Shown: piece by piece, positions 17,810-27,388 of the stretch
How the letters are laid out: every line of letters begins with the position of its first letter
Position numbering within the stretch: position 1 is the first letter of the stretch
Source: an uncultured bacterium
Lineage (GTDB): Bacteria; Muiribacteriota; CAYSPT01
Assembly (NCBI GenBank): GCA_964593455.1
Contig: CAZQHK010000016.1
Coordinates: 18,339 to 82,338 of the forward strand
DNA: 64,000 nt
Direction of reading: 5' to 3'
Position numbers and translations under genes: made by a program
The notes under the pieces: generated by a model
What the model saw: only the letters and a program-made list of their open reading frames with translations
Database searches by the model: none
Told to the model about the DNA's origin: nothing

Positions 17810-19198
17810 ATGGAAGAAACTTCTCTCAAAGACATTGCAGTCGCTGTTGGCGGGCGTCTTGCTGGTCTCCCCCCGGTAAAACCGTGTACCGGGGCGGCTG
17901 TGGACTCACGGGCTGTCCTGGCGGGTGACCTGTTCGTTCCAATTGCGGGAACCAGGACCGACGGTCATCGGTTCATTGTCGCAGCACTTCAAAATGGCGC
18001 ATCCGGATTCCTTTTCGAAAGCTGCCGGGCGGCCACGCCGGAGGTAGCGAAAGCTCTTCTTACCGCCACCGGCATCGGAGTTAAAAACACGCTGGCGGCG
18101 CTTCAAACCCTGGCCGGTTGGAACCGTTCCCGGCTCGGTACCTGGATAGCCGCCGTTACGGGGTCCAACGGTAAAACCACCACCAAGGAGATGATCGGGA
18201 GCGTTTTCAACCGGCAGGTATCGACCTATGTTTCGCTGGGAAACATGAACAACGATATCGGTCTGCCGCTTAATCTCCTCAGGATCGGACCAGAACACCG
18301 GGCCGCGGTCCTGGAGATGGGGATGAACCACCCGGGAGAGATCAGTCGTCTCTGTGAGTTGGCCCGGCCACACACCGGCCTAATCACCAATGTCGGCCCG
18401 GCTCATCTGGAATTCATGGGGACGCTTAAGAACGTAGCTCTGGCGAAAGGTGAGCTGCTGGACGGCTTATCAGACGGGGGGACGGCTGTTCTTAACATCG
18501 ACGATCCCTGGGTGCGGAGAATCGGGGAGGGGTTCAAAGGGAAGACAGTATGGTACGGATTTTCTCGGGACGCTGCGGTCCGGGCCGAAAAGGTACACAT
18601 GAGCGGCGGTGGTTCGACATTTAATCTCATAGTGCCCGGAACTAATGGATATACCGTTACTCTCGGAGTGCCTGGTGAACACAATATCATGAACGCGCTG
18701 GCCGTAGCCGCGCTGGCCTGGCTTAAGGAAATTGATCCGGATCATGTGGCGGCGGCCATGGCTGCGTTCACACCGGTCCACGGACGCCTGGAAGTCCTTG
18801 AGGGAGCTGGCTGGATCGTAGTCAATGACTGCTATAACGCCAATCCGGCCTCCCTGGCTGCCGGGTTGAAGGCGGCTGAAAACCTGAATGGAAAACGCTT
18901 GGTAGTAGTGCTCTCGGACATGCTGGAACTGGGGGAAGCCTCCGACAGCCTTCATCGGAAATGTGGTAGATTGGTAGCGGCTTCACATGCTTCGCTGCTC
19001 TTCGTGTGGGGAGATTATGCCGATTCATACTGTGAGGGAGCCCTGGAGGGCGGTCTCCCGGCTGATGGTGTCGTCATGTGCATGAACAAGGACGAATTGG
19101 CACGACGAGTGAGGGAAACAGTTACCGATGGGGACGTGGTGCTGGTGAAAGCCTCACGGTCACGGTCGCTCGATATGGTTACGGAAAGGCTTCTCTAA
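17810..19198 (+). CDS. murF: UDP-N-acetylmuramoyl-tripeptide--D-alanyl-D-alanine ligase
   Basis: GSNGKTTTKEM Mur ligase P-loop. Position after murE. Typical length. Confidence 0.9.
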   Translation: MEETSLKDIAVAVGGRLAGLPPVKPCTGAAVDSRAVLAGDLFVPIAGTRTDGHRFIVAALQNGASGFLFESCRAATPEVAKALLTATGIGVKNTLAALQTLAGWNRSRLGTWIAAVTGSNGKTTTKEMIGSVFNRQVSTYVSLGNMNNDIGLPLNLLRIGPEHRAAVLEMGMNHPGEISRLCELARPHTGLITNVGPAHLEFMGTLKNVALAKGELLDGLSDGGTAVLNIDDPWVRRIGEGFKGKTVWYGFSRDAAVRAEKVHMSGGGSTFNLIVPGTNGYTVTLGVPGEHNIMNALAVAALAWLKEIDPDHVAAAMAAFTPVHGRLEVLEGAGWIVVNDCYNANPASLAAGLKAAENLNGKRLVVVLSDMLELGEASDSLHRKCGRLVAASHASLLFVWGDYADSYCEGALEGGLPADGVVMCMNKDELARRVRETVTDGDVVLVKASRSRSLDMVTERLL

Positions 19199-19201
19199 CA
19201 G

Positions 19202-20257
19202 GTGTTCACCTATTTTTTCAACTCGATATCCCTGCGTACCATCTACTCTATTCTCACGGCGTTCCTGATGGTTATCGTGCTCTCCCCCCGGATGATAAGA
19301 CGCATGAAAAAGCGGTCGCTCGGACAGTCTGTCAGGAATGACGGACCGGAGACGCACCTGAAAAAAGAGGGTGTACCGACCATGGGGGGCCTGGTTATCC
19401 TGATTGCCATCGTGGTGACCAGTTTGCTCTGGACGAAACCCTGGGTAAGGCAGGTGTATATAAGCCTGTTCGTACTTTTATGCATGGGGTTATTAGGGTT
19501 CGTGGACGACCTGATGATGTTGCGCCGCAAAAACCACACAGGCTTGTCGGCCAAAAGTAAATTATTTTGGCAGGGCCTGGTGGGTTTGGCCTGCGGGCTC
19601 TACCTGGTATCGACACCTTACCTGAACGGATTCGAGTCGTTTATCAATGTTCCCATTTTGGGAAAAGTTGACCTCGGATTTTTCTATGTGCCGTTCGTGA
19701 TCTTGGTTATCATGGGCTCCTCCAACGCGGTCAACCTTACCGACGGACTGGATGGGCTGGCCTGCGGAATCTTGAGTATCGTTGGTTTGGCCTATGCCGG
19801 GATCTCGTATATCACGAGCCATGAAGTGTTCAGCATGCATCTGAACATATTCCATATTCCCGGGGCCGGTGAATTGACCATCTTTTGCGGCGCCATCCTG
19901 GGCGCCTGCCTGGGATTTTTGTGGTATAACTCTTATCCTGCCCAGATCTTCATGGGGGATACCGGTTCGCTTTCACTGGGGGCAGCTTTAGGGACGGTAG
20001 CAGTATTGACCAAGAGTGAAATCGTCCTGGTGGTCATCGGTGGTATCTTTGTTGTCGAGGCCTTATCGGTAATAATCCAGGTTACCTCCTTCAAGATGTG
20101 GGGCAAACGAGTGTTCAAGATGAGCCCGCTTCATCACCATTTCGAACTCAAAGGCTGGGCTGAACCCAAGGTAGTGTTCCGTTTCTGGGTCATCACCTTC
20201 GTGCTGGCGCTCCTGGGATTGAGCGTCTTTGGGATGAATACTATTTTTCGCCAGTAA
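19202..20257 (+). CDS. mraY: Phospho-N-acetylmuramoyl-pentapeptide transferase
   Basis: GTG start. Polytopic membrane protein with MraY motifs PTMGG, NAVNLTDGLDGLA and MGDTGS. Confidence 0.95.
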   Translation: MFTYFFNSISLRTIYSILTAFLMVIVLSPRMIRRMKKRSLGQSVRNDGPETHLKKEGVPTMGGLVILIAIVVTSLLWTKPWVRQVYISLFVLLCMGLLGFVDDLMMLRRKNHTGLSAKSKLFWQGLVGLACGLYLVSTPYLNGFESFINVPILGKVDLGFFYVPFVILVIMGSSNAVNLTDGLDGLACGILSIVGLAYAGISYITSHEVFSMHLNIFHIPGAGELTIFCGAILGACLGFLWYNSYPAQIFMGDTGSLSLGAALGTVAVLTKSEIVLVVIGGIFVVEALSVIIQVTSFKMWGKRVFKMSPLHHHFELKGWAEPKVVFRFWVITFVLALLGLSVFGMNTIFRQ

Positions 20258-20317
20258 TGGAGTATACTGGTCCCTGAGCGTAATTGGTGGATTGCTCGGG
20301 TAATCCACGGATAAAAT

Positions 20318-21241
20318 GTGAAGCGGAAGATCAGGCGGATGGAACCGACGGCGGATTTCTCCTTTGTAATGAAAGTTCAGTTTCGGGAACGGGACTTGAA
20401 CCTGGTCGGATTCTATGTTGTTCTTGCCTCAGTGGAAAAAGCGGCGGTATATAAATGTGCAGCCGTGGTTAACTTCTTTTCAGAAAGTTTTACCCAGAAA
20501 TTCAGCCTCACCTCTTCCTGGGTACGGTTCCTTGATCTGGTGGCTGATGAGTATTCCGATCTGGGCACGCGCGACTTGAAAGAATACTCGGAGAGTATCC
20601 GGGATTTGTACCAGGAGTATCTTCCCGAACGTATGGCCAGGATGTTGAAAATCGTCTTAGATATTACCGATCAGAATGTCCAGAAAGTAATGATGGACGA
20701 ATTGATCAAGGAAGATCTCCATTCTGTTTTACCGGGAGGAAACATTGCAGTAGAGTGCACCTGGGAGACCCTGGGGCAGGAAGAAAAAAAAGAGAAGAAA
20801 AAACAAAAAGAGCCGTCTCGCCAGGAAGTGCCGTCACCGAGTGATAGCGGAGCCATGGAACCGATGAGGACCATTACTACCCTTTCCGTGGAGCCGGAGA
20901 TAGACCCGGTAAACGGCGTGCCGGCCTGGCAACTCAAAGTCGGAGACGAAATCGACATTATTGTCAACCGCTGCCGCAATTTGCGGGGAAATGGCAAAAT
21001 TCTGTCAATGTTCTCGCCCCGGCCGGGATCGGACAACCTGGTTATCACTATGGAACTGTCTACCGATCTTCGAGGACAAATGATGGTTAACCGGGGAATG
21101 ATGCTCAAATCCGGGAAAGTCAAGGCCACTCTGTTCCAGGGCAGATTGACATCCGAATTGTTCTTCTATTTAATCCTCGCCTTCTCCGCCCTGATTTTCG
21201 TGTTATTCATCATCGCCCTCGGCCTGATCATGACCGGCTAG
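20318..21241 (+). CDS. Hypothetical C-terminally membrane-anchored protein inserted between mraY and murD
   Basis: 307 aa with a Lys/Glu-rich central linker and a single C-terminal TM helix LFFYLILAFSALIFVLFIIALGLIM. No recognised domain. Start codon uncertain (GTG 20318 or ATG 20339). Confidence 0.45.
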   Translation: MKRKIRRMEPTADFSFVMKVQFRERDLNLVGFYVVLASVEKAAVYKCAAVVNFFSESFTQKFSLTSSWVRFLDLVADEYSDLGTRDLKEYSESIRDLYQEYLPERMARMLKIVLDITDQNVQKVMMDELIKEDLHSVLPGGNIAVECTWETLGQEEKKEKKKQKEPSRQEVPSPSDSGAMEPMRTITTLSVEPEIDPVNGVPAWQLKVGDEIDIIVNRCRNLRGNGKILSMFSPRPGSDNLVITMELSTDLRGQMMVNRGMMLKSGKVKATLFQGRLTSELFFYLILAFSALIFVLFIIALGLIMTG

Positions 21242-21252
21242 TCCGCCAAGTC

Positions 21253-21275
21253 ATTCGCCGGTTTAACCGGCGAAT
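21253..21275 (+). other. Perfect stem-loop ATTCGCCGGTT-T-AACCGGCGAAT immediately after the stop of CDS 20318-21241
   Basis: 11-bp perfect inverted repeat with a 1-nt loop, 12 nt downstream of the TAG stop. No U-tract follows, so it is not a classical intrinsic terminator. It could attenuate transcription or stabilise the transcript. Confidence 0.3.
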
Positions 21276-21505
21276 CCACTGTGACTGGCAACACTGTCAA
21301 TCTATCAAGCAAGCAGGAAATTTTACCCGGGCGGAGGCTTGTCCTTTCCTCCAAACGTATGGGCAAACATTGAGATGTAGCGGAAACCGGGTGGTACCAC
21401 CCTCAAGCAAGACGTGTGGAAAGTGAAATCGGATGACTTAACCGTGTTCACATACGATATCTACACATCCGTGATACAATATTCCAGGTGGATGAAGATG
21501 TAATT

Positions 21506-22978
21506 ATGGATACAGATATTAAGCGCGTATTGAGAGACAATATGAAAACAGAAACCGAACGCTTCGACCTCTCGGGGCGGACCGTGGCGGTAGTGGGTTT
21601 GGGGAAAAGCGGCCAGGCAGCGCTCAGTGTCCTGCTTCAAGGAAAAGCCGGGAACTCATGCCGGGTCATCGTCAGCGAATCCCGATCTGATGGAGTTCTG
21701 GAATCGCTTCCTGGAGAGCTTCGCCGGGGAGTGGCTGCCATTCAGACCGGGGGACACACCGGGGAGTTTCTAGGACAGGCTGATTTCATTATTCTAAGTC
21801 CCGGTGTCCCTATCACCGCCCCGGCCGTGGTCTCGGCAAAAAAAAGTGGTGTCCCTGTTGTTTCTGAAATGGAGTTTGGATACCGGTTGATCGGCTGCCC
21901 CGTGGTGGCTATAACGGGGACCAACGGAAAGACTACTACCACCAATCTGACCGGCGAAATGTTTTCACGGGCCGGCTACAAGGTGGAAGTGGCCGGCAAT
22001 ATCGGGCGGCCGCTCAGTGATGTCGTCGCCGCCGGTGAGCAGCCGGACCTGGTGGTCCTGGAGGTGTCCAGTTTTCAACTGGAGGCGGTCCGGCAGTTTA
22101 AGGCGAACGGGGCGTTAATTCTCAATGTAACCCCGGATCATCTTAACCGTCACGGTACTTTCGAGACTTACGCGGATGTCAAGTTTAGGGTGTTCGACCG
22201 GCAAAGACCAGACGACGTGGCGGTTCTAAACCTGGATGACCCGGTTAGCAGAGACTATATCCTGGCGTGTGAAAAATTAGAAAAACCAAATGGTGATGGA
22301 ACTGTCCTCCTGTTCAGCCGATACCGGCCCGTTACCGCCGGTGTCTCTGTCGCCGCGGGGAAAATTTTGTTCAGACCCCATGGACCGGGAAGAGAATCTG
22401 TTGAAGTGGCCGGCCTCGATGATGTCAGGCTCCGGGGGGAACATAACCTGGAGAACGTGCTGGGAGCGGTGGCGCTCGGGTGCGGATTGGGGCTTTCGCC
22501 GGAACCCATCAGAAAAGCTATCAGGACTTTCGAAGGAGTTGTTCACCGGCTGGAGAGCGTGGCCATGGTGGGGCAGGTGGAGTTCATCAACGATTCCAAA
22601 GCCACTAACGTGGCTTCCACGAGATGTGCCGTAAAAGCTCTGGATAAACCGTTCATTATTATCCTTGGCGGTTACGACAAAAATGCTGATTTCACTGAAC
22701 TGGCGGGGGATATCGCCGATCTGGGCATCCGGACGGTGCTCATGGGAGATACCCGTTTTAAGATAGCGACGGCCTTGAAAAAAACTGGACACAATCGGAT
22801 GTGGAAAGTGCCCGATCTTGACGCGGCGGTGGAGAAAGCATGGGAAATTGCCGATAATGAAGATTGTATATTGTTATCCCCGGGGTGTGCCTCATTTGAT
22901 CAGTTCTCAAACTTCGAAGAGCGAGGAAACCGGTTCAAAAAATTGGTCATGGAGCTGAAAGATCGGTTTTCCCGATAA
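21506..22978 (+). CDS. murD: UDP-N-acetylmuramoylalanine--D-glutamate ligase
   Basis: VVGLGKSGQAA Rossmann N-terminus and ITGTNGKTTTT Mur ligase P-loop. Alternative GTG start at 21488. Confidence 0.9.
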   Translation: MDTDIKRVLRDNMKTETERFDLSGRTVAVVGLGKSGQAALSVLLQGKAGNSCRVIVSESRSDGVLESLPGELRRGVAAIQTGGHTGEFLGQADFIILSPGVPITAPAVVSAKKSGVPVVSEMEFGYRLIGCPVVAITGTNGKTTTTNLTGEMFSRAGYKVEVAGNIGRPLSDVVAAGEQPDLVVLEVSSFQLEAVRQFKANGALILNVTPDHLNRHGTFETYADVKFRVFDRQRPDDVAVLNLDDPVSRDYILACEKLEKPNGDGTVLLFSRYRPVTAGVSVAAGKILFRPHGPGRESVEVAGLDDVRLRGEHNLENVLGAVALGCGLGLSPEPIRKAIRTFEGVVHRLESVAMVGQVEFINDSKATNVASTRCAVKALDKPFIIILGGYDKNADFTELAGDIADLGIRTVLMGDTRFKIATALKKTGHNRMWKVPDLDAAVEKAWEIADNEDCILLSPGCASFDQFSNFEERGNRFKKLVMELKDRFSR

Positions 22979-22993
22979 CGGGCTGGATAGGTA

Positions 22994-24211
22994 ATGGATG
23001 CTGCCGTCGAGACACTGAATATTAGAGCGTCTATACACAAGTTGGGCGCTTTCCTGCAGCGCAAGATAGAAGGAAGGTCTACGCAGGCCTTTGATATCCT
23101 GCTCTTCGGTACCGTTGTCACGCTTACGGCGGTGGGCCTCATCATGGTGTACTCGTCCGGTTTCGTAACCGCCCTGAAAGATTTCAACAACAGTTTGTTC
23201 TTCTTCCAAAAACAATTTATTTCTTGCATGGTCGGTATAGTCTTCCTGCTTTTTTTCATGAACTTCGATTACCGGAACTTAAAAATCCTGGCCGTACCGA
23301 TTCTGGTCTTAAGCTACGTTTTGCTCTTCATCGTGTTGATCCCCGGTCTTGGTCGGAGCAACTATGGTGCGCAACGGTGGCTGGTAGTGGGGTCTCTTAG
23401 TTTCCAACCGTCTGAATATGCTAAGCTGGCCGTAATTATTTTCATGGCTTCGTTTTTGTCCAACAAATCGCGCGATCCACGGTCGTTCAGGAAGTTTGTT
23501 ATGCCTGGTCTGGTCATTACCGCTACCATGGCTGCCCTGATCATGGCCCAGCCTGATTTGAGCACGGCGGTTTCCGTATCCGTCCTGGTGTTCGTGCTGC
23601 TCTTCCTGGCCCGGGCCCAGATCCGGCACCTGTTGATCACCGGCGGGGTCGGGATGGTGTCGGTATTCATACTCATCATCACTGAAGGATATCGGTTGCG
23701 GCGGTTCTTGGCGTTTCTCGATCCCTGGAAAGACATGCGGAAAGACGGCTACCATATTATCCAATCGCTGCTGGCGATTTCCGGCGGTGGCCTGTCCGGC
23801 GTGGGTCTGGGCAAGAGCATTCAGAAGTTTCTCTACCTGCCAAAACAATACAACGATTTTATTTTCGCGATTATAACGGAAGAACTTGGTATCTTGGGAG
23901 CATTGTGTATCATCGCGTTGTTCGTCTTATTTCTCTGGCGGGGCTTGAAAACAGCCATGGACGCACCGGACCGTTTTGGCGGGTTATTGGCCGGTGGGTT
24001 GGTGGCTATGGTGGTTATCCAGGCGATTCTTAATATCGGTGTCGTGCTCAGTTTCTTTCCCACCACCGGCCTTCCACTTCCGTTTATTAGTTTTGGCGGA
24101 TCGTCTCTCGTAATCAATCTCTGCGCGGCCGGAATCCTGCTCAATATCTCCCGGCGCCGGATAACCAAGCAGAGAAAACTAAAAAAGCGGCGTATCAGTC
24201 CGGCGGCATAA
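22994..24211 (+). CDS. ftsW: Peptidoglycan glycosyltransferase FtsW (SEDS family)
   Basis: 10-TM SEDS protein with QPSEYAKLA and the ITEELG...FGGSS C-terminal blocks. Position between murD and murG. Confidence 0.9.
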   Translation: MDAAVETLNIRASIHKLGAFLQRKIEGRSTQAFDILLFGTVVTLTAVGLIMVYSSGFVTALKDFNNSLFFFQKQFISCMVGIVFLLFFMNFDYRNLKILAVPILVLSYVLLFIVLIPGLGRSNYGAQRWLVVGSLSFQPSEYAKLAVIIFMASFLSNKSRDPRSFRKFVMPGLVITATMAALIMAQPDLSTAVSVSVLVFVLLFLARAQIRHLLITGGVGMVSVFILIITEGYRLRRFLAFLDPWKDMRKDGYHIIQSLLAISGGGLSGVGLGKSIQKFLYLPKQYNDFIFAIITEELGILGALCIIALFVLFLWRGLKTAMDAPDRFGGLLAGGLVAMVVIQAILNIGVVLSFFPTTGLPLPFISFGGSSLVINLCAAGILLNISRRRITKQRKLKKRRISPAA

Positions 24212-24240
24212 TTTTTGTCATTATTGCTGGGGCGTAAAAA

Positions 24241-25419
24241 ATGAAAACACACAAGGCAAATCGGGTTATCCTTTTTGCGGGTGGAGGGACCGCTGGGCAT
24301 GTAGTCCCGGCATTGGCGGTGGCTGAAGTTATCAGGAAGACCGGTGCCGCCCGGGCCTGTTTCTGCGGAAGCACCTCCGGTTTCGAACAAGAACTTGTTG
24401 CTTCCGCCGGATTTCCGTTTGTTTCCATTCCCACCGCGCCATATTTGCGACGCTTCGACCGGTCCCTGGCAAAATCAGCGCTCCTTAACTCCTTTGGTTT
24501 GGCAAAAGCCTGTATGCTCATTCACCGCCTCCGGCCTGCAGTCGTGGTGGGCATGGGAGGATATGTCAGCGTCCCGGTGGGAATCGCTGCCGTTTTGAAC
24601 CGATGTCCGCTTATCCTGCACGAACAGAACTCAATTCCCGGCCTGGGAAACCGCCTCCTGTCACCGCTGGCTGAGCTTGTGTGCGTGTCGTTTCCTTCCA
24701 CGGTACAGTGTTTTCCACAGGCGGTCTGGACGGGGAATCCGGTGAGATTCGCTCACGAACAGGCAACCTCGACCGGTAAAAGGAAAAAATCGAAAACGCT
24801 ACTATGTTTCGGAGGTAGCCAGGGCGCCGGCTATATCAACACCTTGCTACTCGATTCGCTTACACACCTGATGACTGCCGGAATTACGCTTAAATGGGCC
24901 GCTGGACGGACCGATTTCTCCAGAGTAAACAAAGTACTTAACGGCCTGTTTGCGGCAAACCCGTCCTGGAAAAAGCGGATTGATCTCAATGAATACATAA
25001 CTGATATGGAAACGGCTATGATGGCGGCCGATCTGGTGGTAGCCAGGGCCGGAGCCACCACCATTGCCGAGTTGACGGTACTGGGAAAACCGGCTCTGCT
25101 TATACCGTTTCCCCATGCCACCGATAATCATCAGGTCGTGAACGCCAGGCAGTTGGAGCGCTCCGGCGGCTGCCGGGTGATCGAGCAACGCGAGCTCGGA
25201 TTTCCCGGGGCTTCAGCCGTTGAACTGTTTGTTACACAACTCCAGGATTTACTCGATAACCGTGACGAGCTTGATGAAATGGAACGGTGTTCCGGTAATT
25301 TTGGAAAAAAGGGTGCTGCATATTCCGTTTTTCGTATTATAATGCAACACATATCGAAAATCTCCGGCAGTGCCCCTATTTCCGGGGCAATGGAAGATCC
25401 ATGGGGGAAGACAGGATGA
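24241..25419 (+). CDS. murG: Undecaprenyldiphospho-muramoylpentapeptide beta-N-acetylglucosaminyltransferase
   Basis: FAGGGTAGHVVPALAVAE N-terminal G-loop. GT28 family fold. Confidence 0.9.
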   Translation: MKTHKANRVILFAGGGTAGHVVPALAVAEVIRKTGAARACFCGSTSGFEQELVASAGFPFVSIPTAPYLRRFDRSLAKSALLNSFGLAKACMLIHRLRPAVVVGMGGYVSVPVGIAAVLNRCPLILHEQNSIPGLGNRLLSPLAELVCVSFPSTVQCFPQAVWTGNPVRFAHEQATSTGKRKKSKTLLCFGGSQGAGYINTLLLDSLTHLMTAGITLKWAAGRTDFSRVNKVLNGLFAANPSWKKRIDLNEYITDMETAMMAADLVVARAGATTIAELTVLGKPALLIPFPHATDNHQVVNARQLERSGGCRVIEQRELGFPGASAVELFVTQLQDLLDNRDELDEMERCSGNFGKKGAAYSVFRIIMQHISKISGSAPISGAMEDPWGKTG

Positions 25420-26390
25420 AACCTCACATCGTCGCACAACCGAACAGAACAAAAAAAGATCTTTGTGAAGCCCGTATCGGAGTGCTCATGGGGGGGCTAT
25501 CCGCTGAACGGGAGGTTTCTTTTAAATCGGGACGAGCAGTGCTGGCCGCTCTCAAGCGGCTCGGATATCAGGCCCTGGAGGTGGACGTTAATGATAGCTT
25601 CATGACCCGTCTCTCCTCGCTTCAACTGGACGCCGCTTTCGTGGTCTTGCACGGTCGCGGCGGTGAAGACGGTGTCGTACAGGGGACGCTTGAACTGGCC
25701 GGTATCCCCTATACAGGATCGGGGGTACTGTCCAGTGCTCTCGGAATTGACAAAGTCATGACAAAGATTCTCCTCGATGCCGCTTCACTTCCCACCCCAT
25801 CGTGGGTGGCGGTAAATAGTCGCACCGAAAATCCCATTGAGCTGGTTCTGGATAATATAGCGCTTCCGGCGGTAGTAAAACCGTCACGGGAAGGTTCGAC
25901 AATCGGGCTTTCCCTGGTATTCAAGAAAGAGGATCTGGCCGACGCGTTGGCGAATGCTCATCACTACGACCAGGAAGTAGTGGTGGAGTCTTTCATAGAT
26001 GGTTCCGAGATAACCGTCGGCGTCCTCGGCAACAGCCCGCCCGAGACGCTCCCCATCATTGAAATCAAGCCAAAAGGGGGGCATTATAATTTCGAGGCAA
26101 AATATACCAAGGGCATGACCGAGTTTATCATCCCGGCATGTGTAACGCCGCCTACGGCCGCACTGGCTTCCGACTTGGCCGCCGAAGTGTTCTCCATTAT
26201 CAAGTGCCGGGGTATGGCCAGGGTAGATATGATCGTCGACCGGAAAGACCAGGTTTGGATACTGGAGATTAACACCATACCCGGCATGACGGAAACCAGC
26301 CTTCTGCCTATGGCCGCTGCTTACGTTGGGATCACTTTTGACAAGCTCGTAGACCGAATTCTCAAAGAAGCCTGGCACAGGGAAATGTAG
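25416..26390 (+). CDS. ddl: D-alanine--D-alanine ligase
   Basis: ATG at 25416 overlaps the murG stop (ATGA) and follows GGAAG. IGVLMGGLSAEREVS, HGRGGEDG and the ATP-grasp C-terminal motifs are present. The upstream ATG at 25401 is the over-extended alternative. Confidence 0.9.
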   Translation: MKPHIVAQPNRTKKDLCEARIGVLMGGLSAEREVSFKSGRAVLAALKRLGYQALEVDVNDSFMTRLSSLQLDAAFVVLHGRGGEDGVVQGTLELAGIPYTGSGVLSSALGIDKVMTKILLDAASLPTPSWVAVNSRTENPIELVLDNIALPAVVKPSREGSTIGLSLVFKKEDLADALANAHHYDQEVVVESFIDGSEITVGVLGNSPPETLPIIEIKPKGGHYNFEAKYTKGMTEFIIPACVTPPTAALASDLAAEVFSIIKCRGMARVDMIVDRKDQVWILEINTIPGMTETSLLPMAAAYVGITFDKLVDRILKEAWHREM

Positions 26391-26400
26391 GCGAGATCTG

Positions 26401-27375
26401 TTGTTATATATACAATCCGGTGATATAATTAGCGGCGCTAAACGGAAAAAGCGCAAAAGCCTTATCTGGCAAGGGAAACGGGCTTCTTCGAAAAAAAGAA
26501 CAGTCTCTCTTTCCGAGGTACGCAGCCGCAACAAAAAACGATTTGGTAAATCGTTTGGAAGACAAAAGGCAGGGCCGGAAAAAGATAGCTTCCGTTCCGG
26601 TGTCAACCGCCGCTTGCGGCGTCTGCGCCGGTTGGTAAGTCCAACCCGTCTAGCGGTCAGATTGGCGCTTATCGTGTTGTTGGTAACGGTGTTTGTGCTC
26701 GAACTGCGGGTGCTGGTGTTTGACATGCCGCTGTTCAGAATAGAGCAGATCGAAGTGGATTCGCCGGAAGGAATTCAGGTCCGCGATATATTGCGTATTG
26801 CCGGTATCAGGAAAAACCAGAGTTCATTAAAATTCGAGCCGGAAATAGTAGCCAGGAAAATTGAGATGCTTCCACAAGTAAAGCAGGTGAATGTTTTCCA
26901 AAACAGTATGGATAAAGTTGTCATCGAGGTCAAAGAGCGGGTTCCGGTTGCCTTCGTGTTGAATAACAATGGGCAGATATTCGAAGTTGATGAAGAAGGG
27001 TACATATTGGGTGAGCGGAACAAAAAGACGCCGTCCACCTTGCCGTTTATCACCGGCGCAAGTACGGAAGTGTTGGAAAGCGGAAAGTGCCTGGAGGATT
27101 CGTCGATCACGGAGGTTCTCGGCTGGTTGCCGCCGCTGGCCGATTTTTTCAATCGTAAAGTGTCGGAGATTAATGTCAGTGACAGTCAGGCCAAATATAT
27201 TTACACGGTTGACGGCATTAAGATATACCTGAACAATGTGGAGGAACTTCGTTCCCAACTGCCGTTTATACTCAGGGTGCTTGGCGAATTGAAAACCAAG
27301 TACACTGGAGTCGAGTACATGGATTTACGGTATAAGTGCGGCCTGGTGATAAAACCCGAGCGAGGGCTGCTCTAG
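26401..27375 (+). CDS. ftsQ: Cell division protein FtsQ/DivIB with POTRA domain and a long basic N-terminal extension
   Basis: TM segment LALIVLLVTVFVL followed by a POTRA-like IEQIEVDSPEGIQVRDILRIAGI region. Position between ddl and ftsA. The first ~75 residues are Arg/Lys-rich; the true start may be further downstream. Confidence 0.7.
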   Translation: MLYIQSGDIISGAKRKKRKSLIWQGKRASSKKRTVSLSEVRSRNKKRFGKSFGRQKAGPEKDSFRSGVNRRLRRLRRLVSPTRLAVRLALIVLLVTVFVLELRVLVFDMPLFRIEQIEVDSPEGIQVRDILRIAGIRKNQSSLKFEPEIVARKIEMLPQVKQVNVFQNSMDKVVIEVKERVPVAFVLNNNGQIFEVDEEGYILGERNKKTPSTLPFITGASTEVLESGKCLEDSSITEVLGWLPPLADFFNRKVSEINVSDSQAKYIYTVDGIKIYLNNVEELRSQLPFILRVLGELKTKYTGVEYMDLRYKCGLVIKPERGLL

Positions 27376-27388
27376 GAGGTGCGTTCCA

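Noticed and set aside
20781-20815. Polypurine tract GAAGAAAAAAAAGAGAAGAAAAAACAAAAAGAG
   Set aside because: Lies inside CDS 20318-21241 and simply encodes a Lys/Glu-rich linker (EEKKEKKKQKE). It is not an independent repeat element.
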